From Alphaproteobacteria bacterium (GTDB taxonomy: Bacteria > Pseudomonadota > Alphaproteobacteria > MED-G09): a DNA stretch of 60,798 bases. The notes under the pieces were generated by a model that was given only the letters and a program-made list of their open reading frames with translations, did no database searches and was not told the DNA's origin. The stretch is from positions 1 to 60,798 of the forward strand of contig JBJLFK010000001.1 in the NCBI GenBank assembly GCA_045565415.1. Direction: 5' to 3'. The translations under genes and the position numbers were made by a program. Of the stretch, positions 38,489 through 49,416 are shown in pieces (within the stretch, counting starts at the first letter, position 1; every line of letters starts with the position of its first letter).

Positions 38489-39976
38489 ATGGAAAAAAAA
38501 CTTTCCATTAATCATAAAGATTTTAAGAAAAATTATAATTCAAAAGAACCTCAATTAATCGTTTTAAAATTTAGTTCAGATTTTATGGACCCCGTTAACA
38601 GCTTTATGAAGATATCTGATGATATGGATAATAGCTTTCTTTTTGAATCATTAAAAGATGGTGATTTAAGCGGTAGATATTCTGTTATTGGTATAAAACC
38701 AGATAAAATTTTAAAAATCACAAGTAAAACATCTAAAATATATTTAGATAATAATATTGAAGAAGTTATTGATAATAACCCAATTGAAGCAATTAGATAT
38801 TTTATCAACAATAGCTTAATAAAAAAGAATGATGATATTCCTTCGATAGCATCAGGTATATTTGGCTATATTGGTTATGATTTTGTAGCAAATATTGAAG
38901 ACCTCCCTAAAGAAAAAATTGATGAGTTTGGTGTTCCTGATAGTATTTTACTAAGGCCTTCAATAACAGTTGTCTTTGATAAAGAATTAAAAGAAATCCT
39001 TATATGTAAAGCAGTTTGGTATGCCGATAATATTGATGCAGATAATGCATATAATTTTGCTCTTGATGAATTAAATAAAATTAAGGATAAAATTAAATCT
39101 GATAAAATTATTAAATTAAAAAAAGAGCAAAAAGATCTAAAAGAAATCAAATCTAATTTTACTAAAGAACAATATTTTGAAAATGTTAGAAAAGCTCGCG
39201 AGTATATCAAAGCCGGCGATATATTTCAGGTTGTGCCTAGTCAAAGACTATCTGTTGAATTTAAAGCACATCCATTTTTACTATATGAATCATTAAGAAG
39301 AATTAATCCCTCTCCTTACATGTACTATATAAAGTTTAAAGACTTTTATATTGTAGGATCTAGCCCTGAAACCCTAGTAAAAGTTGAAAAAAATAAAGTT
39401 ATAGTTAAGCCAATTGCAGGAACAAGGCTAAAAGAAAAAGGAAAGGAAAACGAAATAAAAGAGTCTTTATTGTCTGACCCTAAAGAATTAGCAGAACATT
39501 TAATGTTGCTTGATCTAGGAAGGAATGATATTGGGAGAGTTTCAAAAATTGGCTCGATAAATGTAAAAGACTCATTTCAAATCCAAGAAACATCGCATTT
39601 ATATCACATCTATTCTACCGTTGAAGGTGAATTAAACCCTAAAGAAGATAGAGTAACAGCTTTATGCGCAGGTTTCCCAGCTGGAACAGTTACAGGGGCT
39701 CCTAAAATTCGGGCCATGGAAATAATTAATGAAATTGAAGATAGAAAAAGAGGTATATATTCTGGAGCAGTAGGTTATTTTTCATCCTTTGGTGATATGG
39801 ACACAGCTATTGCCCTAAGAACAGCAATTATAAAAGATAATAAAATGTATGTTCAAGCTGGAGGGGGAGTTGTTTATGACTCTGATGAAGAGTATGAATT
39901 CAATGAAACATTGAATAAAGCTCAAGCATTATTCTCAGCTGCAAGGGATGTTTTTAATGAAAAGAGTAATAAATGA
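38489..39976 (+). CDS. trpE: Anthranilate synthase component I
   Basis: FLFES, GDIFQVVPSQR, NPSPYMY, SSPE, PIAGTR, EHLMLLDLGRND, GAPKIRAM. Confidence 0.95.
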   Translation: MEKKLSINHKDFKKNYNSKEPQLIVLKFSSDFMDPVNSFMKISDDMDNSFLFESLKDGDLSGRYSVIGIKPDKILKITSKTSKIYLDNNIEEVIDNNPIEAIRYFINNSLIKKNDDIPSIASGIFGYIGYDFVANIEDLPKEKIDEFGVPDSILLRPSITVVFDKELKEILICKAVWYADNIDADNAYNFALDELNKIKDKIKSDKIIKLKKEQKDLKEIKSNFTKEQYFENVRKAREYIKAGDIFQVVPSQRLSVEFKAHPFLLYESLRRINPSPYMYYIKFKDFYIVGSSPETLVKVEKNKVIVKPIAGTRLKEKGKENEIKESLLSDPKELAEHLMLLDLGRNDIGRVSKIGSINVKDSFQIQETSHLYHIYSTVEGELNPKEDRVTALCAGFPAGTVTGAPKIRAMEIINEIEDRKRGIYSGAVGYFSSFGDMDTAIALRTAIIKDNKMYVQAGGGVVYDSDEEYEFNETLNKAQALFSAARDVFNEKSNK

Positions 39977-40545
39977 TTATTCTAATTGATAATTATGATA
40001 GCTTTACATGGAATTTATATCATTTCCTTGGTGATTTAGGACAGGATGTTAAAGTTATTAGAAATGATAAAGCGTGTATTAATGAACTAATAGATCTAGG
40101 TCCAAAAGGATTTGTAATCTCTCCGGGGCCTGGAGAGCCCAGCAGCGCTGGAATAAGTGTTGAATTAGTTAATGAGTGCATTAAATCTAGTATTCCTTTA
40201 CTCGGAGTTTGTCTTGGTCATCAAGCAATTGCATACGCGCTTAAGGGCAGTATTATTAGAGCAAAAAATATATTTCATGGTAAAATTTGTGAAATCATTA
40301 CAGATGAAAAAGGTATATTTACTAATTTACCTAAAAACTTTAACGCAACAAGGTATCATTCTTTGGTTGTTGAAGAAGACTCCCTTCCTAAAGACCTTAG
40401 TGTGTCTGCTAGAACTGAACAAGGAACAATAATGGGAATCCGTCACAAAAATAATATTATTGAAGGAATTCAATTTCATCCAGAGAGTATTGCGACAGAA
40501 TTTGGTCATAAGATACTTAATAATTTCTTAGGTCTAATTAAATGA
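39973..40545 (+). CDS. trpG: Anthranilate synthase component II (glutamine amidotransferase)
   Basis: IDNYDSFTWN, SPGPG, GVCLGHQ, RYHSL, QFHPES. Confidence 0.95.
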   Translation: MIILIDNYDSFTWNLYHFLGDLGQDVKVIRNDKACINELIDLGPKGFVISPGPGEPSSAGISVELVNECIKSSIPLLGVCLGHQAIAYALKGSIIRAKNIFHGKICEIITDEKGIFTNLPKNFNATRYHSLVVEEDSLPKDLSVSARTEQGTIMGIRHKNNIIEGIQFHPESIATEFGHKILNNFLGLIK

Positions 40546-41558
40546 ACGAATTCTCAGATATTTTAATTAAAATTCAAAAATCTGAATATTTAAGCAGGGA
40601 AGATATAAAATTTGCTTATAACTTTATTTTAGATGGAAGAGCTAATGATATTGAAATAGAAGATTTTTTAATTGGATTGAATAACAAAGGAATAACGATA
40701 GATGATATTATTTCTGGCGTTGAAGTTCTAAGAGAAAAATCATTTAAAGTAGAAGTGCCAGTTGATGCAATAGATACATGCGGAACAGGAGGAGATAATT
40801 CTGGAACATTTAATATCTCTACAGCCGTAACTTTTGTTACTGCTGGGGCAGGTGCTATTGTTGCAAAACATGGAAATAGAGCCCTATCATCAAAATCAGG
40901 ATCTTCTCAAGTTTTAGAAGAATTAGGGATCAATATAAACATTAAACCAAATAAAATATCGGATTGTATAAATAAATCTAATATTGGATTTATGTTTGCT
41001 CCAAACCATCATTCTGCAATGAAATATGTTGGCCCTATAAGACAAAAATTGAAAGTTAGGACAATATTTAATCTTTTAGGGCCGCTAATTAATCCAGGGA
41101 GTGTTAAAAAACAATTATTAGGAGTATACAATAAAAAATGGTTAAACCCTCTAATAGAAACATTACAAGAATTAGGTTCAACTGATGTTATGTTGGTTTG
41201 TGGCTCGGATGGACTAGATGAAATTACTACTACTTCAGAGACTTACATTGCTGAATTAAAGAATAACGAAATTACTAATTATACAATTAAACCTGAAGAT
41301 TTTGGTATTAATAGAGCCAATCCCGATGAATTAATTGGCAATACACCCAAAGTAAATGCACAAAAAATTTTAAAACTTTTAGATGGAGAAGAAGGTGCCT
41401 TTAGAGATATCGTTGTTATAAACTCGGCAGCAGCAATTTATATTTCTGGTATTGCAGAGAGCATTGAACATGGATTAAAGTTTGCAAATAATTCAATTGA
41501 TAATGGTAATGCCAAAACATCACTTGAAAAACTTGTTAAGGCCTCAAATGAAAACTAA
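40542..41558 (+). CDS. trpD: Anthranilate phosphoribosyltransferase
   Basis: DTCGTGGD, NIST, KHGNR, RTIFNLLGPL, DGLDE. Confidence 0.96.
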   Translation: MNEFSDILIKIQKSEYLSREDIKFAYNFILDGRANDIEIEDFLIGLNNKGITIDDIISGVEVLREKSFKVEVPVDAIDTCGTGGDNSGTFNISTAVTFVTAGAGAIVAKHGNRALSSKSGSSQVLEELGININIKPNKISDCINKSNIGFMFAPNHHSAMKYVGPIRQKLKVRTIFNLLGPLINPGSVKKQLLGVYNKKWLNPLIETLQELGSTDVMLVCGSDGLDEITTTSETYIAELKNNEITNYTIKPEDFGINRANPDELIGNTPKVNAQKILKLLDGEEGAFRDIVVINSAAAIYISGIAESIEHGLKFANNSIDNGNAKTSLEKLVKASNEN

Positions 41559-42348
41559 TATTCTTGATAAGATCCGAGATTACAAAATTAATGAAGTTAA
41601 AGAGAGAAAAATAAATTTTCCTCAAAATGATATAATTGATTTGATTAAAGACGATAAAAAAACACTTGGGTTTCAAGATAAGCTTATCGAGAAAAACGAT
41701 AAAGGTTTCCCCGGAATTATTGCGGAAGTAAAAAAGGCAAGTCCTTCAAAAGGTATTATTAGACAAAATTTCAATCATATTGATATTGCTAAAGATTATG
41801 AATCTGGAAATGCAGCATGTATATCTGTATTAACAGACTTTCCATCTTTTCAAGGAAAACTAGAGTTTTTAAAAGATATAAGAGATAATGTTAATCTACC
41901 TTTACTTAGAAAAGATTTTATGATTGATCCCTATCAAGTTTATGAAGCGAAACTTTACGGCGCTGATTGCATATTAATAATTATGAAAATGGTTGGGCAG
42001 GATAAAGCCAATGAAATTTATAAAACAGCAAAAGAAATCGATATGGATGTAATTTTTGAGATAAATAATGAAAGTGAATTAAATAACGCTCTTGATTTAG
42101 AGCCCAAAATTATAGGAATTAATAATAGAGATCTAAGAACTTTTAAAACAAACATTAATAATAGTGTTAATCTTTCCAAAAAAATTAATAAAGAAATTAC
42201 ATTAATAAGTGAGTCAGGAATATCTAGAAGAGAAGAAATTGAATTGCTTGTTGAAAATGATATAAAAAATTTTCTCATTGGAGAAAGCATTATGAAATCA
42301 TCTAATATAATTAATGAATTAGAATACTTAACTGGAAAATTTTCATGA
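41548..42348 (+). CDS. trpC: Indole-3-glycerol phosphate synthase
   Basis: Start reassigned to ATG 41548; IIAEVKKASPSKG, LRKDF, GINNRDL, SESGI. Confidence 0.95.
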   Translation: MKTNILDKIRDYKINEVKERKINFPQNDIIDLIKDDKKTLGFQDKLIEKNDKGFPGIIAEVKKASPSKGIIRQNFNHIDIAKDYESGNAACISVLTDFPSFQGKLEFLKDIRDNVNLPLLRKDFMIDPYQVYEAKLYGADCILIIMKMVGQDKANEIYKTAKEIDMDVIFEINNESELNNALDLEPKIIGINNRDLRTFKTNINNSVNLSKKINKEITLISESGISRREEIELLVENDIKNFLIGESIMKSSNIINELEYLTGKFS

Positions 42349-42815
42349 GAAAGTTAAGCCATATAAATGATAAGGGCGAAGCAAATATGGTTGATATCAA
42401 TAACAAAAAAGAATCTAAAAGAGAGGCAACCGCAACAGGATCTATAATCCTAAGTAAAAATGCTCTAAATGAAATTAAAAAAGGAAAAACCTCTAAAGGA
42501 AATGTTTTAAATACCGCAAGAATAGCTGGTATTATGGCTGCTAAAAAAACATCAGATTTAATTCCTCTTTGTCACCCTATTCCTATTGAAGCTATAAAAA
42601 TTGATTTTGATATTGAAGATAATAATATCAATGTATTAGCAATAGTTTCTACAACAAATAAAACTGGAGTAGAAATGGAAGCTTTAATGGCGGTAAATAT
42701 AGCTTGTTTAACCATATACGACATGGTCAAAAGCATAGATAAACATGCGAAAATTAATTCTGTTAAGCTTATAAGTAAAAGCGGAGGCAAATCAGGAGAT
42801 TGGAAAAGAAACTAA
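42345..42815 (+). CDS. moaC: Cyclic pyranopterin monophosphate synthase MoaC
   Basis: ANMVDI, AGIMAAKKT, LIPLCHP, TGVEMEAL, KSGGKSG. Confidence 0.96.
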   Translation: MRKLSHINDKGEANMVDINNKKESKREATATGSIILSKNALNEIKKGKTSKGNVLNTARIAGIMAAKKTSDLIPLCHPIPIEAIKIDFDIEDNNINVLAIVSTTNKTGVEMEALMAVNIACLTIYDMVKSIDKHAKINSVKLISKSGGKSGDWKRN

Positions 42816-44014
42816 AACTTTTAGATGTTGAAAAAGCTGAAAAAATAATTCTTAGAAAAGTTAAACCATTAAAAGGTAAAGAAAAAATTGATATTAAAGA
42901 CTCTTTTGGAAGAGTTTTAATATCTAATTTAAACTCAAAAAGAAACCAGCCTGAGTTAGATTTATCAGCTATGGATGGCTATGCAGTCAGAAAAAGCGAT
43001 TTATCAAGTTTACCAAAAAAATTTGAATTAGTTGGAGAAATAAAAGCTGGTGATAAGATTAGCAAAGCCGTTAAAAAAAACCAAACTTTCAGAATATTCA
43101 CCGGAGCCCCAATACCTAATGGCGCCAATAAAGTTGTAATACAAGAAAATTGTCTAGAAGATGGAAAAGAGGTTTTAATTAAAAGCGAAAATGAAGAAAC
43201 TTATATTAGGAAGAAATCTCATGATATTAGTAAAAAATTCACTCTAAAAGCACCTAGGCTCATTAGCACAAGAGATATTGCCTTATTAGGCGCTATGAAT
43301 CATAAAAAAATAAATGTTTATAGAAAACCTAAAGTAGGAATATTAGCAACTGGTGATGAAATTATAGAAGTAGGAGATAAGACCAATAACTTCAATCAGC
43401 CTGCATCATCTAAACCTTCCATTATCTCTCTTATAAAAAACTGGGGCGGAGAACCAATTGATATTGGAATAGCTAGAGATAATTCTGAAGACTTAATTAA
43501 AAATATAAAAAAAGGAAGAAAATTTGATCTTTTTGTTACGATTGGAGGCGCTTCCGTTGGAAAGTATGATTTGATTCAGAAGAGCTTATCAAATCAAGGC
43601 TTTACATTGGATTTTTGGAAATTAGCTATGCAACCTGGCAAGCCTCTAATGTTTGGGACAAATAAGAATACATCGATAATCGGACTACCGGGAAACCCTG
43701 TTTCAGCATTAGTTTGCAGTGAAATATTTTTGAAGAAAGCAGTTTATGCTCTCCAAGGAATAAAGTACAAAGACACAATCTTGATAGCAACTCTTGATAA
43801 TGACTTAAATAAGAATGGTTCAAGAAGACATTACTTAAGAGGAAAATTATATTTCGATCATAAGAAAAATGAAATGATAGTAAAATCATTAAATAATCAA
43901 GATAGCGCTTCACTTCTTCCTTATTCAGAAGCAAATTCTCTAATAATATTAGAGCCAAATGAAAAAAAACTGAGAAAAGGCTCTAAAGTTAAGGTTTTTT
44001 TACTAAATAATTAA
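42800..44014 (+). CDS. moeA: Molybdopterin molybdotransferase MoeA
   Basis: SAMDGYAV, IFTGAPIP, TGDE, GGASVGKYD, QPGKP, LPGNPVS. Confidence 0.95.
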   Translation: MEKKLKLLDVEKAEKIILRKVKPLKGKEKIDIKDSFGRVLISNLNSKRNQPELDLSAMDGYAVRKSDLSSLPKKFELVGEIKAGDKISKAVKKNQTFRIFTGAPIPNGANKVVIQENCLEDGKEVLIKSENEETYIRKKSHDISKKFTLKAPRLISTRDIALLGAMNHKKINVYRKPKVGILATGDEIIEVGDKTNNFNQPASSKPSIISLIKNWGGEPIDIGIARDNSEDLIKNIKKGRKFDLFVTIGGASVGKYDLIQKSLSNQGFTLDFWKLAMQPGKPLMFGTNKNTSIIGLPGNPVSALVCSEIFLKKAVYALQGIKYKDTILIATLDNDLNKNGSRRHYLRGKLYFDHKKNEMIVKSLNNQDSASLLPYSEANSLIILEPNEKKLRKGSKVKVFLLNN

Positions 44015-44032
44015 ATTATTGACCTTTAAAAA

Positions 44033-44065
44033 GAACAAAAGTAAAACAATGTTCTACTTAAGTTC
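44033..44065. promoter_or_regulatory. Alphaproteobacterial LexA (SOS) boxes upstream of lexA
   Basis: Perfect GTTC-TACTTAA-GTTC (44051-44065) and one-mismatch GAAC-AAAAGTA-AAAC (44033-44047); TTGACC at 44019-44024; GGAGG RBS at 44078-44082. Confidence 0.85.
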
Positions 44066-44089
44066 TATTTTTACTTTGGAGGTTATGTA

Positions 44090-44770
44090 ATGCTAACAAA
44101 AAAACAAAATGAATTATTGATATATATACATCAAAATTTAAGAGAAACTGGAGTTGCTCCTTCTTATGAAGAAATGAAGGATGCCCTAGATTTAAGATCT
44201 AAATCTGGAATACACAGATTAATAAATGCTCTTGAAGAAAGAGGATTTATAAGAAGATTAGCTCATAGAGCTAGAGCTATTGAAATTATCAAATTACCTA
44301 CTTCAAGCACTATAAACCCAAAAGGCAATTTTCAGCCTGAAGTAATTGAAGGCAATAAAGAAAAAGATCTTTTTAGCCTAGATGAAGAGTCAATAGAGGT
44401 TAGGATGATGGGTAAAATAGCAGCAGGAACTCCAATTGCAGCAATTGAGTATGAAAAAAATAAAATATCTGTTCCGGGAAGTATGATTGGTACTGGAGAT
44501 CATTATGCACTAGAAATTGAAGGTGACTCAATGATTGGAGCAGGTATTCTTGATAAGGATAAAGCCATTATAAAAAAGGTTGATGATGCCTTATCAGGTC
44601 AAATAGTTGTGGCACTAGTTGATGGAGAGGAAGCTACATTAAAAAGACTTAGAAAAAAAGGAAACACTATTGCTCTTGAGCCTGCTAATTCTGCATACGA
44701 AACGAAAATTTATGGTCCTGAAAGAATTCAAATTCAAGGCATTCTGGTTGGCATACTAAGATCTTATTAG
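44090..44770 (+). CDS. lexA: SOS repressor LexA
   Basis: [22 protein letters not shown], Ala-Gly cleavage site IAAGTP, GDSM, TLKRL. Confidence 0.97.
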   Translation: MLTKKQNELLIYIHQNLRETGVAPSYEEMKDALDLRSKSGIHRLINALEERGFIRRLAHRARAIEIIKLPTSSTINPKGNFQPEVIEGNKEKDLFSLDEESIEVRMMGKIAAGTPIAAIEYEKNKISVPGSMIGTGDHYALEIEGDSMIGAGILDKDKAIIKKVDDALSGQIVVALVDGEEATLKRLRKKGNTIALEPANSAYETKIYGPERIQIQGILVGILRSY

Positions 44771-44794
44771 TTGAAGCGAATTGTAGTGATTTTC

Positions 44795-44822
44795 TTTGTG
44801 AATTGATATATCAATTCACAAA
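44795..44822. repeat. Perfect 28-bp palindrome between lexA and gltX
   Basis: TTTGTGAATTGATATATCAATTCACAAA equals its own reverse complement. Confidence 0.9.
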
Positions 44823-44844
44823 TGAATAAATTTGTTCTTAAAAA

Positions 44845-46155
44845 ATGATTATTACAAGATTTGCACCATCCCCCACTGGTTTTTTGCATATTGGCGGAGT
44901 AAGAACTGCGTTATTTAATTGGCTTTATGCAAAAAATAATTCAGGAAAATTTTTATTAAGAATAGAAGACACCGACAGAGAAAGATCTAGCAATGAAGCA
45001 ATTGAAAAAATTATCGATGGTTTAAAATGGCTAGGCTTGGAAAATGATGAAGAAATAGTTTATCAACATAAAAATGAGAAAAGACATATTGAAGTTGCAC
45101 ATATGTTGTTAGAATCTGGTTTTGCTTATAGAGATTGGGAGCTAGAAGATGATTTTGGTAATCTAGAAAAAGCGCATGCCATTAGATTCAGAATACCTAA
45201 TGATGGAGAAACTATTGTAAATGACAAAGTTCAAGGAGATGTTGTAATTCAAAATAAAGAAATTGAGGATTTTGTTTTATTAAGATCGAATGGAACACCA
45301 ACATATATGTTGTCAGTAGTGGTTGATGATTATGATATGAATATAAGTGACATTATACGGGGTGATGATCATCTCACAAATGCGGCGAAACAAAAATTGA
45401 TATATAATTCTCTTAAATGGGATTGTCCAACTTTTAGTCATATACCTTTAATTCATGGGCAAGATGGATCAAAATTGTCTAAAAGACATGGTTCTCTAGG
45501 TATCGAATATTATAAAGAAGAAGGTTATTTACCTGAAGCAATAGTTAATTATCTTCTTAGGTTAGGCTGGAGCCATGGAGATCAAGAAATTTTCAGTGTA
45601 GAGGAAATGATAAATTATTTTTCAATTGATAAAATAAGGAAATCACCATCTAAATTCGATATTGAAAAACTAAATGATATTAATTCAATCTATTTAAAAA
45701 ATTCCTCCCTTGAATCTCTGATAACTAGAATCGACAGTTCATATACCAATCTTAATAAAGATAGAATTAAATCTATAAGTATTGTTATGCCTGAAGTTTT
45801 AAAGCGTTGTAAAAATTTAAAAGATATTAAGAAAAATATTAGTTTTATAACAAATGAAAGGCCTATTAAAATTGATGGTGATGCAACAAACTTAATAAAT
45901 GATGAATCAATAAGCTCTTTAGAAAAACTATCAAAAATATTGAAAAAACTTGATAAATGGGATGCTAATGAGATAGAACAGACTATTAAAAAATTTTTGA
46001 AAGATGAAGAACTTAACTTTAAGGATATTGGGTTACCTTTGAGAGTAGTTTTGGTAGGTTTTTTATCTCCAATCGGAATAAACACAATTATCGAGTCTCT
46101 TGGGAAGGATGAAGTGTTGGGTAGAATAGAGGATATAATTAAACAATATAAATGA
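44845..46155 (+). CDS. gltX: Glutamyl-tRNA synthetase
   Basis: [33 protein letters not shown]; shortened acceptor-binding insert. Confidence 0.95.
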   Translation: MIITRFAPSPTGFLHIGGVRTALFNWLYAKNNSGKFLLRIEDTDRERSSNEAIEKIIDGLKWLGLENDEEIVYQHKNEKRHIEVAHMLLESGFAYRDWELEDDFGNLEKAHAIRFRIPNDGETIVNDKVQGDVVIQNKEIEDFVLLRSNGTPTYMLSVVVDDYDMNISDIIRGDDHLTNAAKQKLIYNSLKWDCPTFSHIPLIHGQDGSKLSKRHGSLGIEYYKEEGYLPEAIVNYLLRLGWSHGDQEIFSVEEMINYFSIDKIRKSPSKFDIEKLNDINSIYLKNSSLESLITRIDSSYTNLNKDRIKSISIVMPEVLKRCKNLKDIKKNISFITNERPIKIDGDATNLINDESISSLEKLSKILKKLDKWDANEIEQTIKKFLKDEELNFKDIGLPLRVVLVGFLSPIGINTIIESLGKDEVLGRIEDIIKQYK

Positions 46156-47450
46156 CTGATAAAATTAAAGAAAAAGCTGATTTAAAATTAAATGGTGACC
46201 TTTATAACTTTGATGTTCACGAAGGTACAATTGGTCCTGATGTTCTAGATATATCAAAATTATACGCTCAATCAGGAAAATTTACTTATGATCCAGGTTT
46301 TACATCCACAGCAAATTGCAAGTCAACAATAACTTATATTGATGGCGAAGAAGGGACGCTTCTTTACAGAGGTTATCCTATCGATCAACTTGCTGAACAA
46401 GGTAATTATCTTGAGACATGCTATCTTCTGTTAAATGGTGAGCTCCCAAATCAAGATGAATATACTAAATTTGAAGAAACAATTAATGAATACACATTAG
46501 TTAACGAACAATTAAATAGGTTTTTTACTGGTTTTAGGCCAGATGCACATCCAATGGCAATAATGTGTGGAGTTGTTGGCGCCCTCTCAGCTTTTTATCA
46601 TGACTCTCTTGATATAAACGATCCTGAACAAAGAAGAATAGCTTGTCATAGATTGATTGCTAAAATGCCAACGCTAGCTGCAATGGCTTATAAACATTCT
46701 TTAGGACAACCTTTTATGTACCCAAAAAATGATCTTGATTATGCAGCAAATTTTCTAAATATGTGCTTTGGTTTACCTACCGAAGATAAAAATATAGATA
46801 GCACATTAGCAAAAGCTATGGATAAAATTTTAATTCTACATGCTGATCATGAGCAAAATGCATCTACCTCAACCGTAAGGTTAGCTGGATCTTCTGGAGC
46901 AAACCCTTTTGCTTGTATTGCCTCAGGAATTGCTTGTTTATGGGGGCCAGCACATGGAGGTGCAAATGAAGCATGCATAAGAATGCTAGAGGAAATTAAT
47001 AGCGTTGATAATATTCCTGAATATGTAAAAAAGGCTAAAGATAAAAATGACCCATTCAGATTAATGGGCTTTGGCCATAGGGTTTATAAGAATTTTGACC
47101 CTAGAGCTAAAGTAATGCAAAAAATATGTCATGAAGTTTTAGATCATTTAGGAATAAAAGATGATCCGTTATTGGCTATAGCAGTTGAACTCGAAAAAAT
47201 TGCGCTAGAAGATGATTATTTTGTAGAAAAGAAACTTTATCCAAATATAGATTTTTATTCAGGCATTGTTATGAAATCTTTAGGTTTTCCAATGGATATG
47301 TTTACGGTTTTGTTTGCAGTTGGAAGAACTGTTGGATGGGTTTCTCAATGGAATGAAATGATAGAGGATACAAGTCAAAGAATTGGAAGGCCTCGTCAAT
47401 TATATGTTGGAAGTGAACATAGACAATATATTGGTATGCATAAAAGATAA
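46152..47450 (+). CDS. gltA: Citrate synthase (type II)
   Basis: [42 protein letters not shown]. Confidence 0.98.
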   Translation: MTDKIKEKADLKLNGDLYNFDVHEGTIGPDVLDISKLYAQSGKFTYDPGFTSTANCKSTITYIDGEEGTLLYRGYPIDQLAEQGNYLETCYLLLNGELPNQDEYTKFEETINEYTLVNEQLNRFFTGFRPDAHPMAIMCGVVGALSAFYHDSLDINDPEQRRIACHRLIAKMPTLAAMAYKHSLGQPFMYPKNDLDYAANFLNMCFGLPTEDKNIDSTLAKAMDKILILHADHEQNASTSTVRLAGSSGANPFACIASGIACLWGPAHGGANEACIRMLEEINSVDNIPEYVKKAKDKNDPFRLMGFGHRVYKNFDPRAKVMQKICHEVLDHLGIKDDPLLAIAVELEKIALEDDYFVEKKLYPNIDFYSGIVMKSLGFPMDMFTVLFAVGRTVGWVSQWNEMIEDTSQRIGRPRQLYVGSEHRQYIGMHKR

Positions 47451-48596
47451 TTAATTTTTCAGTATTTTCTTTATAATTCTAGTTGCATTTTCACTCGGGT
47501 CATTAATATCTTTTTTCATAATAGAGTTAAATTCTTTTAAATCTTCAATCTGTTTTTTCTGAATTTTTTCATTTAATAACAAATTATTTAATTCATAAAT
47601 CAAATTTTCTTTTGTATATCTATCTTGCAATAGCTCTTTTGAAGACTCTTTTCCTAAAATGAGATTCACTAACGAAACAAATTGTACCTTGACCATTTTT
47701 GATACAAAAAACCATGTAAATTTATCCATCTTGTAAATAACAATAGTTGGGGTAACAGTTAAACCTAATTCTAAAACAACTGTTCCAGAAGCAGCACACG
47801 CAAAATCTGCATTTTTAAATAATGAATATTTTTCATTATCATTTGTAATTATTTCAATATCAGGAAAATAAACCTTCATTTGATTTAATTGTTTTTGCCC
47901 TGCTGCAATTAGAATGTTTAGTTTAAAATCTTGTTCTTTCAAATATTTTATTGTTTGAGACATTATCGGGGAATGTCTATCAATCTCACCCTTACGACTT
48001 CCTGGTAAAAAAATAATAGTTTTACTATCATGTGAATTATATTTTTTCTTAAAATTTGTGTCATCTATTTTTTTAATCGTTTCAATGAACGGATGCCCAA
48101 TATAAGTAGTTTTCAATCCATATTTTTTGAAAAAATCAACCTCGAAAGGAATAACTGACAATAGATGATCAAAGTATTTTGACATTTTCTTTGCCCTGCT
48201 TTGCCGCCAAGCCCATACAGTTGGAGCAACATAACAAACTATAGGAACATCAGGTAAATGTCTTTTTACCTTTTTTGCAACTCTATGATTAAAGTCGGGA
48301 CTATCAATAAGAATTATGATGTTAGGTTTTTTTTGAATGATATCATTTACAACATCATTAATTTTATGAATTAAGAAAAATAATTTTTTTAAAACAGGAA
48401 AAATACCAAAAATAGAAATATCACTCATTTCAAACAGTGAAATAAAGTTATTTGATTGCATTTTTTCTCCCCCAACACCATTAAATATCGGAGAATTAAG
48501 TTTTTTTTGTAATGCTTTAATTAGCTTGTCACCCAATATATCCCCGGATGGCTCACCAGCAACTATATAAATTTTTTGGCTATTAAGTTTTTCCAT
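47451..48596 (-). CDS. lpxB: Lipid-A-disaccharide synthase
   Basis: AGEPSGD, IDSPDF, YVAPTVWAWR, PFE, GHP, LPGSR, SGT. Confidence 0.95.
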   Translation of the reverse strand: MEKLNSQKIYIVAGEPSGDILGDKLIKALQKKLNSPIFNGVGGEKMQSNNFISLFEMSDISIFGIFPVLKKLFFLIHKINDVVNDIIQKKPNIIILIDSPDFNHRVAKKVKRHLPDVPIVCYVAPTVWAWRQSRAKKMSKYFDHLLSVIPFEVDFFKKYGLKTTYIGHPFIETIKKIDDTNFKKKYNSHDSKTIIFLPGSRKGEIDRHSPIMSQTIKYLKEQDFKLNILIAAGQKQLNQMKVYFPDIEIITNDNEKYSLFKNADFACAASGTVVLELGLTVTPTIVIYKMDKFTWFFVSKMVKVQFVSLVNLILGKESSKELLQDRYTKENLIYELNNLLLNEKIQKKQIEDLKEFNSIMKKDINDPSENATRIIKKILKN

Positions 48597-49413
48597 TACT
48601 TATTCCAAAGATAAAAATATTATTCTCATTAGCAAATTCAATAACTTTTTCTTTTTCTGATATAAAGGAAGACTTTTCCTCAAGCGCTATTCCGGAAAGT
48701 CCTATTTCCTTTATAAGCTCAATAGTTTTCATTCCTATTGCTGGTAAATCAACCCTTCTATCTTGAATAGGTTTGGCTAATTTTACAAGAACACCTTCAT
48801 TTTTAAATCTTATTTTTCTTAAAATTATATCTTTTAACATCTTATCGGTCCCTAAAACATCTTCAGAGGCTATAATTTTTCCATTTGCTACAACGCAAGC
48901 TTGACCGATATCCTTAGAACCGATGTTTTTACATCTTTCAATCGCTATATTTATATCGTTTCTTGTTTTATCCTCTATTTTTTGACCAGCAAGCAAGCCT
49001 TCAGCCATAAGTAAATGCGATATATATTTATCTGCTCCAATAATTTTAAAATTATTATCAATTTCAAGAAAATTAATAAGAGTTTTTAAAATAGAAGCAT
49101 CCCCTTTGACTGGCAGCATAAGAAGTTTGATAAAAAGTTTTAAACCACCAAAATCAGGATTCAAAAACCAGACATTGGGTTTTTTAACTCCCCCAATTAT
49201 TATTAATTCTTCACAATGATTTTCTTTTAAGACTTTAATTGCCTTACCTATTTGACCTATTCTTATCCACAAATGAGGATATTGCTCAATATCTTTAGAA
49301 GCAGAGCCTTTCAAGCCAATAATAAATACTTTTTTTTCTTGTTGATAAATAGATTTGGCTACTTCAAGAGGAAAATTTCCATCTCCTGCTATCAATCCAA
49401 CTTTTATAGACAT
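48583..49413 (-). CDS. lpxI: UDP-2,3-diacylglucosamine pyrophosphatase LpxI
   Basis: GLIAGDGNFP, DIGQA, GTD, KPIQDRRVDLPAIG; between lpxA and lpxB. Confidence 0.92.
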   Translation of the reverse strand: MSIKVGLIAGDGNFPLEVAKSIYQQEKKVFIIGLKGSASKDIEQYPHLWIRIGQIGKAIKVLKENHCEELIIIGGVKKPNVWFLNPDFGGLKLFIKLLMLPVKGDASILKTLINFLEIDNNFKIIGADKYISHLLMAEGLLAGQKIEDKTRNDINIAIERCKNIGSKDIGQACVVANGKIIASEDVLGTDKMLKDIILRKIRFKNEGVLVKLAKPIQDRRVDLPAIGMKTIELIKEIGLSGIALEEKSSFISEKEKVIEFANENNIFIFGISNGKT

Positions 49414-49416
49414 ATT

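Noticed and set aside
38480-38495. trp attenuator / leader peptide
   Set aside because: trpE starts 3 nt after ppiD, leaving no room for a leader
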